From contig NC_068983.1 in NCBI RefSeq assembly GCF_001194135.2, positions 38,891,812-38,955,811 on the forward strand: a stretch of DNA of 64,000 nucleotides. The letters run 5' to 3'. Position 1 is the stretch's first letter; each line of letters opens with the position of its first letter. The translations under genes and the position numbers were made by a program. This document shows positions 1 through 12,061 of the stretch, piece by piece. The notes under the pieces were generated by a model. It was not told the DNA's origin, searched no databases, and saw only the letters and a program-made list of their open reading frames with translations. This DNA is from Octopus bimaculoides (taxonomy: Eukaryota).

Positions 1-254
1 CGCAAAAAGTTGTTTTGCACAAGCATTTCTATAGCCAATTACACGGATGAAATTTACGTATGCTTAATAATTTTACGCAAAACAGCCTTCAGACTTTCCC
101 TATTAATTTCATCGTCTTTTGAATTATGAACATATTTACATCATAAGGGTTTTTTCGTTGTAAGGCTTTCTTTTTTAGTTGATTTTCAGCTAGCAAGACT
201 TATCGTAGATGGCATAATGAGTCACACCCGGACAAGGTCAGGTTATACTGCTAG
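1..254 (+). mobile_element. Probable Helitron 3' end
   Basis: Ends in an imperfect GC hairpin (cccggacaaggtcagg), a short spacer and CTAG followed by T, the canonical Helitron 3' terminus. No 5' end in the window. Confidence 0.4.
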
Positions 255-266
255 TATATATATAAT

Positions 267-312
<46 letters not shown>

Positions 313-888
313 AGACAGATAGATAGCGATATAGATATATAGATAGATACTGACATACAAATATACATATATATGCATGTATAAATTTATGAGAGAGAGA
401 AATGTACACACACATCACATATGCACACACACATGTGCACACACGCATGTATAAATATGCATACAGTCATTTCTCAATTAGTGCCTAAACTTCACCCCAT
501 CACTACTTCAACTTGGCTCTTCCTTTCACGTTTGTCAAGGTAAGAGGAAACTTTTTAGTAACAGAGTAGATGGAAAATAAATTATCGTAGGTGTTTCCCC
601 AAATTATTTTCACTTACGTGTTTGTTACACCAGCTGGCTGTTCCAGTTCCACACATAGAACTGAACTGACACCCATACACAGTTCACAGGCACACCCAGA
701 AGCTATGCCCTCCATTAGACTTCCTCATTCCTCTTTACATTCTCTGTGTTAAATACTGCACTTATATCTTTTTTCTTCATGTTCATCAACTTGCGATTAT
801 GAATTACATTAGAAGATATATCTAATAAGTAGATAAATATATAATTGTGTTAATTACATTGGTCTACTTCAGAAATTGGGTTAAAGAA

Positions 889-928
<40 letters not shown>

Positions 929-932
<4 letters not shown>

Positions 933-1290
933 TCATCATCATCATCATCGTCATTTAAAGTCTGCTTTCCATACTGGCATGGGTTGGATGGTTTGACTGA
1001 GGGCTGGCAAGCCAGGAGGCTGCACCAGGCTCCAGTCTGATTTGGCAAGGTTTCTACAACTGGATGCCATTCCTAGCACCAACCACTCTGAGAGTGTAGT
1101 GGGTGCTTTTTATGCCCCACTGGCACGGGAGCCAGTCAGGTAGTACTGGCATTGAGCACGCTTGAATGGTGCTTTCTGTGTGCCACTTGCCTGAGTGCCA
1201 ATCAGGTGGCACTGGTATTGTTCGTGCTCGAATGGTGCTTTTTATGTGCCAGTTAGGGCATTGGCATCAGCCATGCTTGAATAGTGCTGT
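929..1290 (-). mobile_element. RTE-type LINE/SINE 3' end with (GAT)n tail
   Basis: Same ggcatccagctgtagaaac...ggacgttaaa(cgat)n 3' sequence that is joined to RTE coding sequence at 52935-53940. Further copies near 9180-9455, 13190-13400, 21160-21390, 25690-25980, 30225-30468, 38385-38525, 40130-40550, 43060-43480, 46400-46650, 50730-50850, 56570-56780 and 58120-58335. Confidence 0.75.
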
Positions 1291-1964
1291 GTGTGTGTGT
1301 GTGTGTGTGGAGAGCGAGAGAGAGAGAGAGAAGGAAAAATAGACACACTGACAGACAGATAGATAGATAGGTGCTGGCATGGTGTGCTTAAGAAACTTGT
1401 TTTCCAGCCACATAGTTTCATGTTCAATCTCACTGCATGGCACCTTGCACAAGTGTTTTTTACAATTGTCTTGAACCAACTTGTGAGTGGAGTTGATACA
1501 TAGAAACTGAAAGAAGCCCATTGTATTTGTATGTATATATATATTTTTTTATCTGTGTCAGTCTCTTGGTACTCACAGTTTCATCTGTAGGTGCACAGGA
1601 TCTTCAGACAAGAAACTGACTCAAACCAAAATGAAATAATTAATCTCCGTTATGGTATTGAGCACTCTTTCTACCAACAGTTAACGCTAAAATGGTTGCA
1701 TATGTGTGTGTGTGTGTATATATGTGTGTACATACACATTCACACTCACACACACACAAACTCGCACATACAAATACACATATGTCTATGTACATGTGTG
1801 TGTGTGTGTTTATGTCTCTGTCTTGACATTGTATAATGGTTGTAAATGAGTGTCCTTGTATATGCAAGCATAGAAAAGTGAGCATTAAAATGATTATGAT
1901 GATGTACACAGAGAGAAAGAGAAAGGGAGAGAGAGAGTGAGAGTGAGAGAGAGAGAGAGAGAGT

Positions 1965-1996
<32 letters not shown>

Positions 1997-2289
1997 CTCT
2001 TTTGAGTTTCGTTTTACTTTTCAACTTAATACCTTAAAGCTTGTCCAAGTCTCAAAGGGATTCATACAGCAAACTATCAAGAAAAGAATTCTTTATCCAT
2101 TGACAAACACTTAGATTAAATATGTCTTAAAAGAATAAATTATGTGTTGCAGCTAATGTCACTTAAGCCTGGCTTGTCTTTCAGTTCAAAATACAGCATA
2201 CATACAATCACATAAGTCTCTGTCACTCTATCCGTCTTCCCCCTCCCTTCTTTTTCTCTCGTATCTTTAAAGAACTTTAGTCCTTCTTG

Positions 2290-2640
2290 CCTACCTTAAG
2301 TGCAGACTGATTAACTGTTCTAAAAGTGATTTGGGCATTGTAGGTGTATCCTTGACGTTGTCAATTCTGATATAACAAGGTCCACTGGTTTGCTCCAATG
2401 GAACTGCAGTACTGCCATTAACAAGTGGTTCTGTGGTTTTGAAAACAATACGCAGCCTGCAGATTCTTCTGGTTTGATATTGTGGGACTTTTCTCCTTCC
2501 ATGTTGAAAGCATATTTTCTTGAAGCCATAGAGTTTGAGAAGCAATTCACTGGGATTAGCATTCTTTGATAGTTGAACAATCGTGCATGTCAGAAAGCCA
2601 CTGATATATCATGATGATTTCTACTGGACCAAAAAAAGAA
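2290..2640 (-). mobile_element. Old, frameshifted non-LTR reverse transcriptase fragment
   Basis: Across two frames the minus strand gives LLLKLYG, GEKSHNIKPEESAGCVLFS and NHLLMAVL. These resemble the RT motifs ILRxYG, GxxSxxFxVxxGVRQGCVLSP and FNxxIDxVL in the expected order. Confidence 0.45.
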
Positions 2641-3764
2641 GGTAACTTATTGTTCTACATGTCATTTAGGAAGTCTTGGTAGGGTTGAGGTTTTGGATTT
2701 CATTGTATTATTTATCCTAGATACCTTCAAGAATTGCACCCCTCCTAAAACTCTGGGTTGAATAGAGATGAAGGACTGGTCATTTCAAGTAATATGAATG
2801 GTCACATTACAAATATATTTCGGAAAAACTTAATAGGAATCCTCAAAGTCTTTGGTTAAATCATAGCTATCATCACCAATCTTCATCACCACGCTCCTTG
2901 TACCTTACTGTAGACCTGAAACAAAGTATGTATTACTCCTGCAGAAAGTCTTATTTCAATCACTCTTCCAGTTATAATGAGAAATATAGAGCCATCATCA
3001 GTAAGAGAGTCTTTAATTTATTCTCAGGTTGAGATATTGTCAGCAGAGCTGCACCCCATTACAATGAAGTGTTAGCAGGGTGGGGCCTAAGTGAGAAGTT
3101 GATGTGTATGGAGGATCATCCACAACTCATTTCTTATGATAACTGAGAAGTAGAAAATAAATTGGTTCACTCATCTGATTTCAGCCTAGATTTTTCTATG
3201 AATGTAGCTAGAACATTTTATCCTTCTTTAGATGCCATTTACCAAGTAGATATAAATACCACAAATTCTTTAACTTGCATAATGTTACGGTTAGTTACTT
3301 TTTATGAAAATAACATCACTCCCAATACTATACATTATAAAAGGAAAAGCATACACCTGTGTAGTCCTATCTCTGGCATTCACCTGCAGCTGCTGAAATC
3401 AATCCATCTATCCACTGGTTGTTTTCACTATTTTCCCAGACAGTAAATTATAGGTGACTCTCACTCCACTTGACAGTATCTCAAAGAATGACATGGGACT
3501 TGCAGTCAGCAACTTTGTGAGAAGTTTCACTCAGCATAGGTACTCTTTTTGGTTCAAGGGTAAGGAAAAACATGATATTATTTAATCTGGAAACATATGC
3601 CTTGCATAATTTGGAGCTTACTCAGTAAGGTACTTCTAGGAACCCTCAAAAATGTAATCATCCATTGGTTTTGTACATTCACAGACAATTAGAATAAGAG
3701 ATATCCTATTCATAAAGCAGGCTAGGGTTAGTGACAGGAAGAACATAGTGCTGTAAAACATTAC

Positions 3765-3817
3765 CTCAATCATACATTCGTCTGACCCTTGATAACATGA
3801 GATACCTTCTGATTTGC
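3765..3817 (-). CDS. Candidate small internal exon, (G)KSEGISCYQGSDECMIE
   Basis: Acceptor atatatacattctag, donor GAG|gtaatg, one open frame (phase 1 to 0), 53 nt. No homology recognised. Confidence 0.3.
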
Positions 3818-5652
3818 CTAGAATGTATATATATACATGTGGGCATGTGTGTATAGAGAGAGATGTAATATATATATATATACATATATACATACACACT
3901 CACACACATGTATATACCCTCAAACAAAAAGCATTTAATAGAACTGCATACCACTACAAAAAGTAGTTATTAATATAGCAAATACAGAGAGAAAAAAATT
4001 CCTCTAGACCTGAACACACTCAACTAATGAAACAAACATTATAACTGTAATGTAATCTCATTCAACCATCTATTTAACCTCAGTGTGATATCTAATATTA
4101 CAAAAAGCTTTCTAAATATGATCTGGAAATATTTACCCACAGGACATTAAAAATATTCCAAACTATTTAACTGGAAAAACTTAAAACTTAGTTATAGTTA
4201 CATGACTAACATGAGGAATATCATCACAGGTAGCAGACAACCCAAGGCACACAGTAGGCACTCTAAAGCACTAAGCCCAACAAAAAACAGAAACCAATTC
4301 TGTGAATAGCTATCTAAGTATTCTCATCAAACTAAATAGTAGAGGAGGCAATTTATGCAAAGCTGAATCATTTGCCTGCCTACTACTTTGTCAGTCCCAA
4401 GAGGCATACAAGCTCCTAAATCCTGTATTGATAGATGTGAGGTCAGTTTTAAGAGCTGATACATAAGCCATAGGTTCACTTTTAGACACAAAAGCAAAGG
4501 AAGCAACATACATTATCAAGTTACATATAGCACTTGAAAAATCACAACATTGATAGTTCTATCATGTGGTCTATAATGCCCCTCAACATTAAGTATATTC
4601 TCAGTTCAAAATTCTGTGGCCTCTGCAATGACGGAAAGTATTTCATCCTCATCAAAATCAAGCATCTTCAGTATCTTCATGAAAAAAAGTACATTCTTTT
4701 AAAGTTTAATAGAAACATCATGCCAGCTTAAACAAATTAATCACATGTAAATCAGAAGTCCACTATCCAGTAACTCATACACAAGACAAGTTTGAAGTCA
4801 CCGATATGTTGAATCATGGAAATGGGCTTCATGTGAGAATGTTATCCATTCTATCTGCCTGTCTATCTGATGAATAACCAAGAACAAGGATGTGAAACTG
4901 AGTAAGAGAAAGGGTAAGCCTAAAATATAACCAACCAACCACACTCACACACACACACACACACCAGAGAACAGAGACCTTAAATGATTATATATGTGTG
5001 TACACATACACACACACACACACATATGGCCATGTTGGAGTACCACCTTGAAAAGTTTAGTCAGACAAATCAACTCTGGTACTTATTTTTAAGCCTAGTA
5101 TGTATTCTATCAGTCTCTTTTTGCTGAACCACCAGGTTACAGAGGCATAAAAAAACCTACACCAGTTGTCAAGTGTTAGTAGGGGTACAAACACAAACAC
5201 ACACACACACATACACACACACAATAGGCTTCATTTTCTCTCTACCAAATCCACTTGCAAAGCTTTGATCAGTCTGGGGTTATAGTAGAAACTTGCCCAA
5301 GACGCTACATAGTGGGGCTGAACCTAGAACCAATTGGTTGAGAAAGAAACTTCTTACCACACAGCCAAATGATCACTGCCATCATTTTATCACCACTTCT
5401 TATGCTGACATAGTTTGTACAGTTGGACAGGATCTTATGAATTAGAAGACTACATAGTTCCAATGTTTTGAGATGGCCCGTATAGCTGGATATCCTTCTT
5501 ATTTGAAGCACTTAACAAAGTGTACTGAGAGCTTCTCTCATGACACTGGCACTAGATTACATGCTAGATTAAAGCGCTCCCATATATATGTATACACACG
5601 TGCACATATGTATATGTGTATATGTATACATATATATGTGTGTATGAATATA

Positions 5653-6580
5653 TTGGGTCATCCCATAAATAATGCATTTTTTTTGTAATTCTTTTATTTT
5701 TCAAAATTACGATAAACAAAGTCCTTTTTTTCATGTAAAATATACTCTCCTTCATTTTCTACAATGCTCTTCCATTTATCTGGTAGACCTGCAAGGCCCC
5801 TCTTCCAAAATTCCCTTGTCCATGATGAAAAAAATACTCCTCCAGTACTGTTCTGACCTCATCTACAGACTTCATATATTTTCTGTCCAAATGATGTTGA
5901 AGACTGTAGAATAAATAATAATTAGATAGGGCAATGTCCAGCAAATATGGTGGGTGGAGCATCATTCCCCATTCAAACTGCACCAGCCTTTGGAATGTCA
6001 TCCTTACTGAATGTGACTGAGCATTATTCTGGTGGAAGAACATCTGTCGTCTTAAAACCAAAGATGGTCATTTTTCCTCTAGCGCAGGTGTTGATGAATG
6101 TTTGAATGACCAAATTCAAGCCTCTCTGCTATGTTCCTCAACAGTTATGATGGGATTTTCTTCCACCAGGGTTTGCAGGACATCTTCGCTGTGCTCTACA
6201 GATATTTCAGGATGTGGCTCATCTTCTAGGCTGTAGTTTCTGACTCGAAATTTCTGGAACCGTCGTTGATACTGGCTTATGCTTATTGTCCAATCCCCAT
6301 ATACTGCATTAATATTCCTCACACTTTTTGTTGCGCTGTTGCCTTTATTGAACTCAAAGCAAAATATGCTGAATATGCTCCTTTAAAACTTCAGTTATAG
6401 CTTTGAAAAAAAAATAACTGTTAAAATCGAACTACACTCTTCAAAACTTGCACTAAGAATAAGACAAAGTAAAATGACTACCTGCTTTTATAGCTAGTTG
6501 ATGCAGGTAGTTTATGCCATCCCTTTCTGACTTTTAGTTCATGCAATTGAAAACGTTGCATTATTTATGGGATGACCCAA
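5653..6580 (-). mobile_element. Internally deleted mariner DNA transposon
   Basis: Perfect 23-bp TIR ttgggtcatcccataaataatgc, flanked by TA at both ends. Transposase remnants: N-terminal HTH-like QRRFQKFRVRNYSLEDEPHP and C-terminal HQNNAQSH...HPPYLLDIALSNYYLF (cf. HQDNARPH...HPPYSPDLAPSDY). Confidence 0.92.
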
Positions 6581-7568
6581 TATATATATATGCATATATA
6601 TGTATGTAACTATGTGTATGTGTGTGTGGGGGAGGGTATATATATATATATACATATATATATCTGTATGTATGTATGTATGTATGTATGTATATATAAA
6701 AATTTGTATATGTGTATGTATCTTGTTCATCCATCCATTTGTTTATCATTTTCATCTATTCTTACATAAGAAATCTTGTTTACAATTTACAAGATCAATT
6801 CTTTTCTTGCTCTTTCTATTCCTTCCTTATTCTTTCTATTTTCATGTTTACTTCGCAATTGAGTCATATGCAATTGTGTCTTTCCCTGACATTAATCTTC
6901 ATGACAGAATCTTTTTGGAATTTACTTTATTTGTATCTTATTATTTCTGTATTTATTAGCAAGAAATGGATAATTTTAGATTTTTAGACTACACAAATAG
7001 AAAGGAATGAAATGAAAATAGAAGAGAGTTAAAGAATGAAACACTAGAATATTTTAATCTCAAACTCTGTGTATTTATCTATTCATGCTTAAGGTTATCA
7101 ATTGAATATATCTTACTTTATTGCATAGCTCAATGTTATCCTAGTTCTACGTCATACAGGTATCTCTCTAGCCTACTTTATTTATATTTCTGTGTGTGTG
7201 TATATGTATGTGTGCCTGTCTGTGTATATGTGTATGTGACCGTGTAGTTAAGGATTAAACTCTGCAGCCGTGTGCTTTTGGGGTTCAGTATCACTGTCCA
7301 GCACCTTGGATATGCGTCTTCTACTAAGGGTTCAAGTTGACCAATATCATATCTTCTAATCTTTTATCTTTTATTTGTTTCAGTCATTATATTACGGCCA
7401 TGCTGGGGCACCACCTTGATGAATCTTTAGTCAAATGAATTGACTCCGGTACTTATTCTATCAATCTCTTTTGCCGAGCCACTAAGTTGCCGGGACATAA
7501 ATACACCAACATTAGTTGTCAAGCAGTGATGTGGGACACACAAACACACACATGTATCTATCTATCTA

Positions 7569-7612
<44 letters not shown>

Positions 7613-7615
7613 CAT

Positions 7616-7655
<40 letters not shown>

Positions 7656-7689
7656 TTACGCACACATCCACACGTCAAAGTCACTAGCC

Positions 7690-8110
7690 CCTATCTTCCA
7701 CAGGTTCCTTCCACTGTTAGAGAGTGGCACTTCCTCACACAGCTGTCCTCATCCATACACAACACATGACCATACCTGCACAGTCGTCTCCCTTGCACAC
7801 CACATTTGATGCTTCTTATGCCCAACTTTTCTCTCAGAGTGCGTACACTCTATCTTGGTATCTGCTTGGATAATATATCCCTCCATACTCACATTTAACT
7901 CTATCCATTTGATTCCTGATATCATTTATATTCTGTAAGTTGGACTATTTTACATCCATGCACCTGCACATTTTTTCTATTAAATGTATTTAATATTTTG
8001 CGTAAACTGACTTCCTAACTTGCTTCTCATTACATTTTCTCATCTACCAGCTCAAGTTCATATCTCTTGAGCACTTCAAAGTGTATTCTATATGGAGAAC
8101 ACCTGTCTCT
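7690..8110 (-). mobile_element. RTE LINE, decayed C-terminal coding fragment
   Basis: Minus strand reads [47 protein letters not shown], matching the RTE RLRWYGHV...GRGRP region. Same family as 52935-53940. Confidence 0.75.
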
Positions 8111-8139
8111 AACCTATAAACTATATATATATATATATA

Positions 8140-8427
8140 TATTTGTTTTGCAAGATTTTTGATATGAAATCGTGTGTTGAAACAGATATTGTTGTATTTG
8201 GGGATGGTCATGTTGCCAGTTTAGCCAATAAAAACACACACATTGTATATTTGGTGTTAATTTGCTTCTGCTTTATATTACATTACATTAATCATATTTC
8301 GGCCAGAGTTCTTTCGTCACACTTCTGTGATCTCATCAGTGGTCCTTTGCTTTCTTTCTTCTGCTGATCGTTAGCAAGGAGGGACACACATATAAGAAAG
8401 AAGAAAGCAAAGGACCACTGATGAGGT
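8140..8427 (-). mobile_element. PLE-like short repeat with hammerhead motif and an inverted partial copy, truncated by a gap
   Basis: Minus 8301-8345 reads GGACCA-CTGATGA-stem II-GAAAG AA CTC-TGG. Segments 8332-8361 and 8397-8425 are inverted repeats. The 8140-8290 part recurs at 16183-16400. Confidence 0.6.
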
Positions 8428-8742
8428 NNNNNNNNNNNNNNNNNNNNNNNNNNNNNNNNNNNNNNNNNNNNNNNNNNNNNNNNNNNNNNNNNNNNNNNNN
8501 NNNNNNNNNNNNNNNNNNNNNNNNNNNNNNNNNNNNNNNNNNNNNNNNNNNNNNNNNNNNNNNNNNNNNNNNNNNNNNNNNNNNNNNNNNNNNNNNNNNN
8601 NNNNNNNNNNNNNNNNNNNNNNNNNNNNNNNNNNNNNNNNNNNNNNNNNNNNNNNNNNNNNNNNNNNNNNNNNNNNNNNNNNNNNNNNNNNNNNNNNNNN
8701 NNNNNNNNNNNNNNNNNNNNNNNNNNNNNNNNNNNNNNNNNN
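8428..8742. other. Assembly gap (other large gaps: 15562-16004, 47095-47163, 50051-50639; several 10-N gaps)
   Basis: Runs of N, mostly adjoining (TA)n microsatellites. Confidence 1.
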
Positions 8743-8775
8743 TATATATATATATATATATACATACATACATAT

Positions 8776-9181
8776 CAGGGATGTGCTGCCTAGGTAGGCA
8801 AGGTAGGCAGTGCCTACCTTGAATAAAATAGATCAATAGCAGCATTTTCCTTTTATGGCAAAATGTGCACCTAATTCAATAAAATAATGAAGGTTACTCT
8901 GATTACTATACATAAAATGCAAAATATTTGACTTTTTTGTAGATTGGGTAGGTATAATTCACCCCTGCCTCTCAATCTCAGTATTAAAAGCTAAGCATAG
9001 AACTACTGTAGTAAATATACTGTGTACACTCCTACAACACTGTTTTCTTTACGTGCTATAAAGGCAAAAGTAAATCTGCCTTCAACTCATTCGTGTGCCT
9101 ATGTTTTGCTTACTTTTGTGTTTTACTACATAAAGGTCACTAACTGCCTGCCCTGAGTAATTACTGACAGCACATGCCCTG
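8776..9181 (+). mobile_element. hAT-type MITE (second copy at 36789-37196, opposite orientation)
   Basis: Short CAGGG...CCCTG ends, internal palindrome aaggtaggcagtgcctacctt, colinear along its length with the 36.8-37.2 kb copy. Confidence 0.7.
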
Positions 9182-9603
9182 ACTGGTCCCGTGCTGGTGT
9201 CATGTTAAAAGCACCATTTGAGTGTGATCATTGCCAGTAACCCCTGACTGGCCCTCGTGCCGGTGGCACATAAAAATCACCCACTACACTCTTGGAGTGG
9301 TTGGCGTTAGGAAGGGCATCCAGCTGTAGAAACTTTGCCAGATTAGATTGGAGCCTGTTGCAACCTTCTGGCTTGCCAGCCTTTAGTCAAACCGTCCAAT
9401 CCATGCCAGCATGGAAAGCAGATGTTAAACGACAACGACGATGGTGATGATGGTATATAAGCACTGCGGTTGATTTGTTTTGACTAAACCTTCCAAGATG
9501 GTACCCCAGCAATGGCCACTGTCCAATGACTAATTTAAGTAAAAGATGAAAAATAAAGATATGCACATGTATGAGTTCTGTTTCTCCTATTTGTTATTAC
9601 CAA

Positions 9604-9641
<38 letters not shown>

Positions 9642-9841
9642 ATGCTTGTGTGTGTGTGCATTTGTGTTTGTGTGCGTATTACATATGCAAGAATCACTGG
9701 AGACAAAAAAATGTAGAGTTCCAACAGTTATGTTTGGACTGAAGCTAATACATATCTAGCTATTTACATATGTTTTGAACGACTTGAAAGAAAGAAAAAA
9801 AAAATAATCTATTTCAATGCAAGATCAGGTTTGTTTGTTTG

Positions 9842-9873
<32 letters not shown>

Positions 9874-10065
9874 TTATTTAATAAAGTTTTGGTGTCTTGC
9901 CGAGAAAATATTATTTAACTATCTCAACAGCAATAACAACAAAAACAACTGCAGAAGTGACAACAACAACAACTACAACTACAACAGTGGTAATAGCAAT
10001 AGCTTCTCTGGCCAATATTATCAGATAAAGTTTCTTTAAATCAACTATCTTGTACATGAGATCAT

Positions 10066-10375
10066 CGTCATTGTCGTCATCATCATCATCATCATCATCA
10101 TTATCTTCATCATCCTTATCATCAACATCCTTATCATCATCATCCTCATCATCATTGTCATCATTGTTTTTATCATTATCATCATCACCACCACCACCAC
10201 CATCATCATCATCATAATTATCATCACCACCAACACCACCATCATCATCATCACCATCACCACCACCATCGCCACCACCACCACCACCACCACCACCATC
10301 ATCATCATCATTACCGTCATCATCATCATCATCATCATTGTACCATTGTCATTATACCACCATCATCATCATCAG
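10066..10375. repeat. (CAT/CAC)n compound microsatellite
   Basis: Seen directly. Similar compound triplet tracts at 13360-13560, 31340-31534, 31800-32330, 34790-35055 and 60580-60950. Confidence 0.95.
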
Positions 10376-10399
10376 TCATTCACTTCAAAGCTCATTTGC

Positions 10400-10790
10400 C
10401 ATGCAGGCATTGATAGCATAGGCCTACATTACTGCTTGTCCCAGTACGTCTTCATTTTGTATAATCTCCTGTACGAGGTACATTTGCTCTCAATCCTCTT
10501 CCAATTACTTCTTACCAAATCTTCTTTGGTCTGCTTCTACAACAGTATCTCTCAACTATTAATTCATGAAGCTATTATAACCATGTCACAGCATTTGTTT
10601 GCATCACATGTCCAAACCAATGCAGTCATCCGTCCTGCACTCATTCTTTAATATCTTTCCTTCTCAGTTGCTTCCTCAACTTACATTGACCAAAGTTTCT
10701 TCTATGTTAACATTTCATGACAAATGGATGACATATGATTCTGTCTACTCACTGATACAGTCTCTACTACACAGCATCACATATTCTTCA
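10400..10790 (-). mobile_element. Decayed RTE-like LINE 3' coding fragment
   Basis: Minus-strand remnants resembling RLHWFGHV...RPKKTW, with many stops. Confidence 0.45.
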
Positions 10791-11039
10791 AAGTGTTTTA
10801 TGTTTTGTACAAAGAAGAATTTTGTAGTAAAAGGTCTTTTATTTTTTTAACTTTTATTTGTTTCAGTCATTGGATTTGAGCCATGGAGGGATACTTAAAC
10901 AAATCCCTCCTTGTACTTGTGTTCTTAAGTCTGTTACTTATTCTATAGGTACAATTCTATATTTAAGAGATGAGGAATTATGTACATTATTTACATTATT
11001 TACATTTGATGGATATTTGTCCTCATCTTGTTTGTTGTT

Positions 11040-11085
11040 AACACAACGTTTTGGCTGATATACCCTCCAGCCTTCTTCAGGTGTC
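11040..11085 (-). ncRNA. Minimal type I hammerhead ribozyme motif (G12 mutated)
   Basis: GACAC-CTGAAGA-A-GGCTG(gagggtatat)CAGCC-AAAA-CGTT-GTGTT. Stem I GACAC/GTGTT, 5-bp stem II, zero-loop ACGT stem III. Confidence 0.65.
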
Positions 11086-11154
11086 TTGGGGAAATTTTGA
11101 ACCTGGGTTCTCATTCCTAAAGTATTTTTCAATATTATTATTATTATTATTCAG

Positions 11155-11225
11155 GTCACTGCCTGGAATCGAACTCGGAATCTTGGGGTTAGGAGCCCGT
11201 GCTCTTAACCACTACGCCATATGCC
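11155..11225 (-). promoter_or_regulatory. tRNA-Arg(CCT)-like SINE head with Pol III A and B boxes
   Basis: ggcatatggcgtagtggttaagagcacgggctcctaaccccaagattccgagttcgattccaggc. The anticodon-like loop CT CCT AA resembles tRNA-Arg-CCT, but there is no proper acceptor stem. Confidence 0.7.
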
Positions 11226-11254
11226 TGTGGACCTGAATAATAATAATAATAATG

Positions 11255-11304
<50 letters not shown>

Positions 11305-11361
11305 TATAATAATATCGAAAAATACCTTAGGAATGAGAACCCAGGTTTGAAATTTCTCCAA

Positions 11362-11407
11362 GACACCTGATGAAGGCTGGAGGGTATATCAACCGAAACA
11401 TTGTGTT
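11362..11407 (+). ncRNA. Minimal type I hammerhead ribozyme motif (stem III G mutated)
   Basis: GACAC-CTGATGA-A-GGCTG(gagggtatat)CAACC-GAAA-CATT-GTGTT. Confidence 0.65.
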
Positions 11408-11908
11408 AACAACAAACAAGATGAGGACAAATATGCATCAAATGTAAATAATGTATTCTATAGGTCTTGTTTGCCAAACCGCTAAGTTTGGGGATATAAA
11501 CAAACCAACACCAGTTGTCATGTGGCAGAGTTGGGGCCAGACAATAACACAAAGTCACACACACACATATATGTATGATGGGCTGCCACTCAGTTTCCAT
11601 CTACCAGATCCACTCACTAGGCATTGGTCAGCCTGGTGCTATAGTAGGAGACACTTGCCCAAGGTGCCATGTAGGGGGACTGAACCAAAAAGTTTGTGGT
11701 TGCAAAGCAAGCTTCTAACCACACAACCATGCCTGTACCTTATAAAGTTAAGAACTTTTTAATAAATATGTAATACATATTGCTGTGTCATGGGACATGA
11801 ATAATTTAAAAAAAATACTGGGGTGAATTCATTCAATTAAAACTCTTCAAGGTGATACCCCAGCATGGCCACAGTCTATTGATTGAAACAAGTAAAAGGT
11901 AAAAGGCA

Positions 11909-12061
11909 CAGGGTGTTCAAAAAGTCTCTCCGCAGTAAGTATTTTATTACAAAATATTACAAAAGAATATATTAGACTTTACAAGACTTCAAAAAACTTT
12001 ATAAAAGGTGTTGAAAGTGTCGTCCTAAAATTTACTGCTGAGAGACTTTTTGAACACCCTG
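11909..12061. mobile_element. Tc1/mariner-type MITE, 153 bp
   Basis: 30-bp TIR cagggtgttcaaaaagtctctc(c/a)gcagtaa with one mismatch. TA on the right, CA on the left. Confidence 0.85.

Larger units (their letters stand above)
10992..11455. mobile_element. Fold-back element: two inverted arms, each with a hammerhead motif, around a tRNA-like head
   Basis: Arms 10992-11157 and 11230-11455 are reverse complements apart from (TAA)n length. The centre carries A box TGGCGTAGTGG and B box GAGTTCGATTCC on the minus strand. Confidence 0.85.

Noticed and set aside
482-539. Other AG...GT bounded mini-exon candidates (also 7131-7161, about 13742, 17182, 36641-36670, 59265-59361)
   Set aside because: Short, with no recognisable homology and no consistent phase chain. 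Such matches are expected by chance in AT-rich DNA.
2291-2545. 84-aa ORF ending at a good donor (AG|gtaggc), with a superficial Rel/NFAT-like look
   Set aside because: No convincing acceptor, stops upstream in frame, and neighbouring frames carry reverse-transcriptase-like motifs. Better explained as a decayed LINE.
8292-8845. Long ORFs spanning N-runs (also 15.5-16.1, 47.0-47.3, 49.9-50.8 kb)
   Set aside because: Artifacts of gaps translated as X.
10045-10338. Poly-Met/Val/His/Leu/Ser ORFs here and at 13.3, 31.2-32.3, 34.8 and 44.0 kb
   Set aside because: Translations of microsatellites.
11155-11225. Genuine tRNA-Arg gene
   Set aside because: A and B boxes are present but there is no pairing acceptor stem. 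It is embedded in a repeat, so it is a SINE head.
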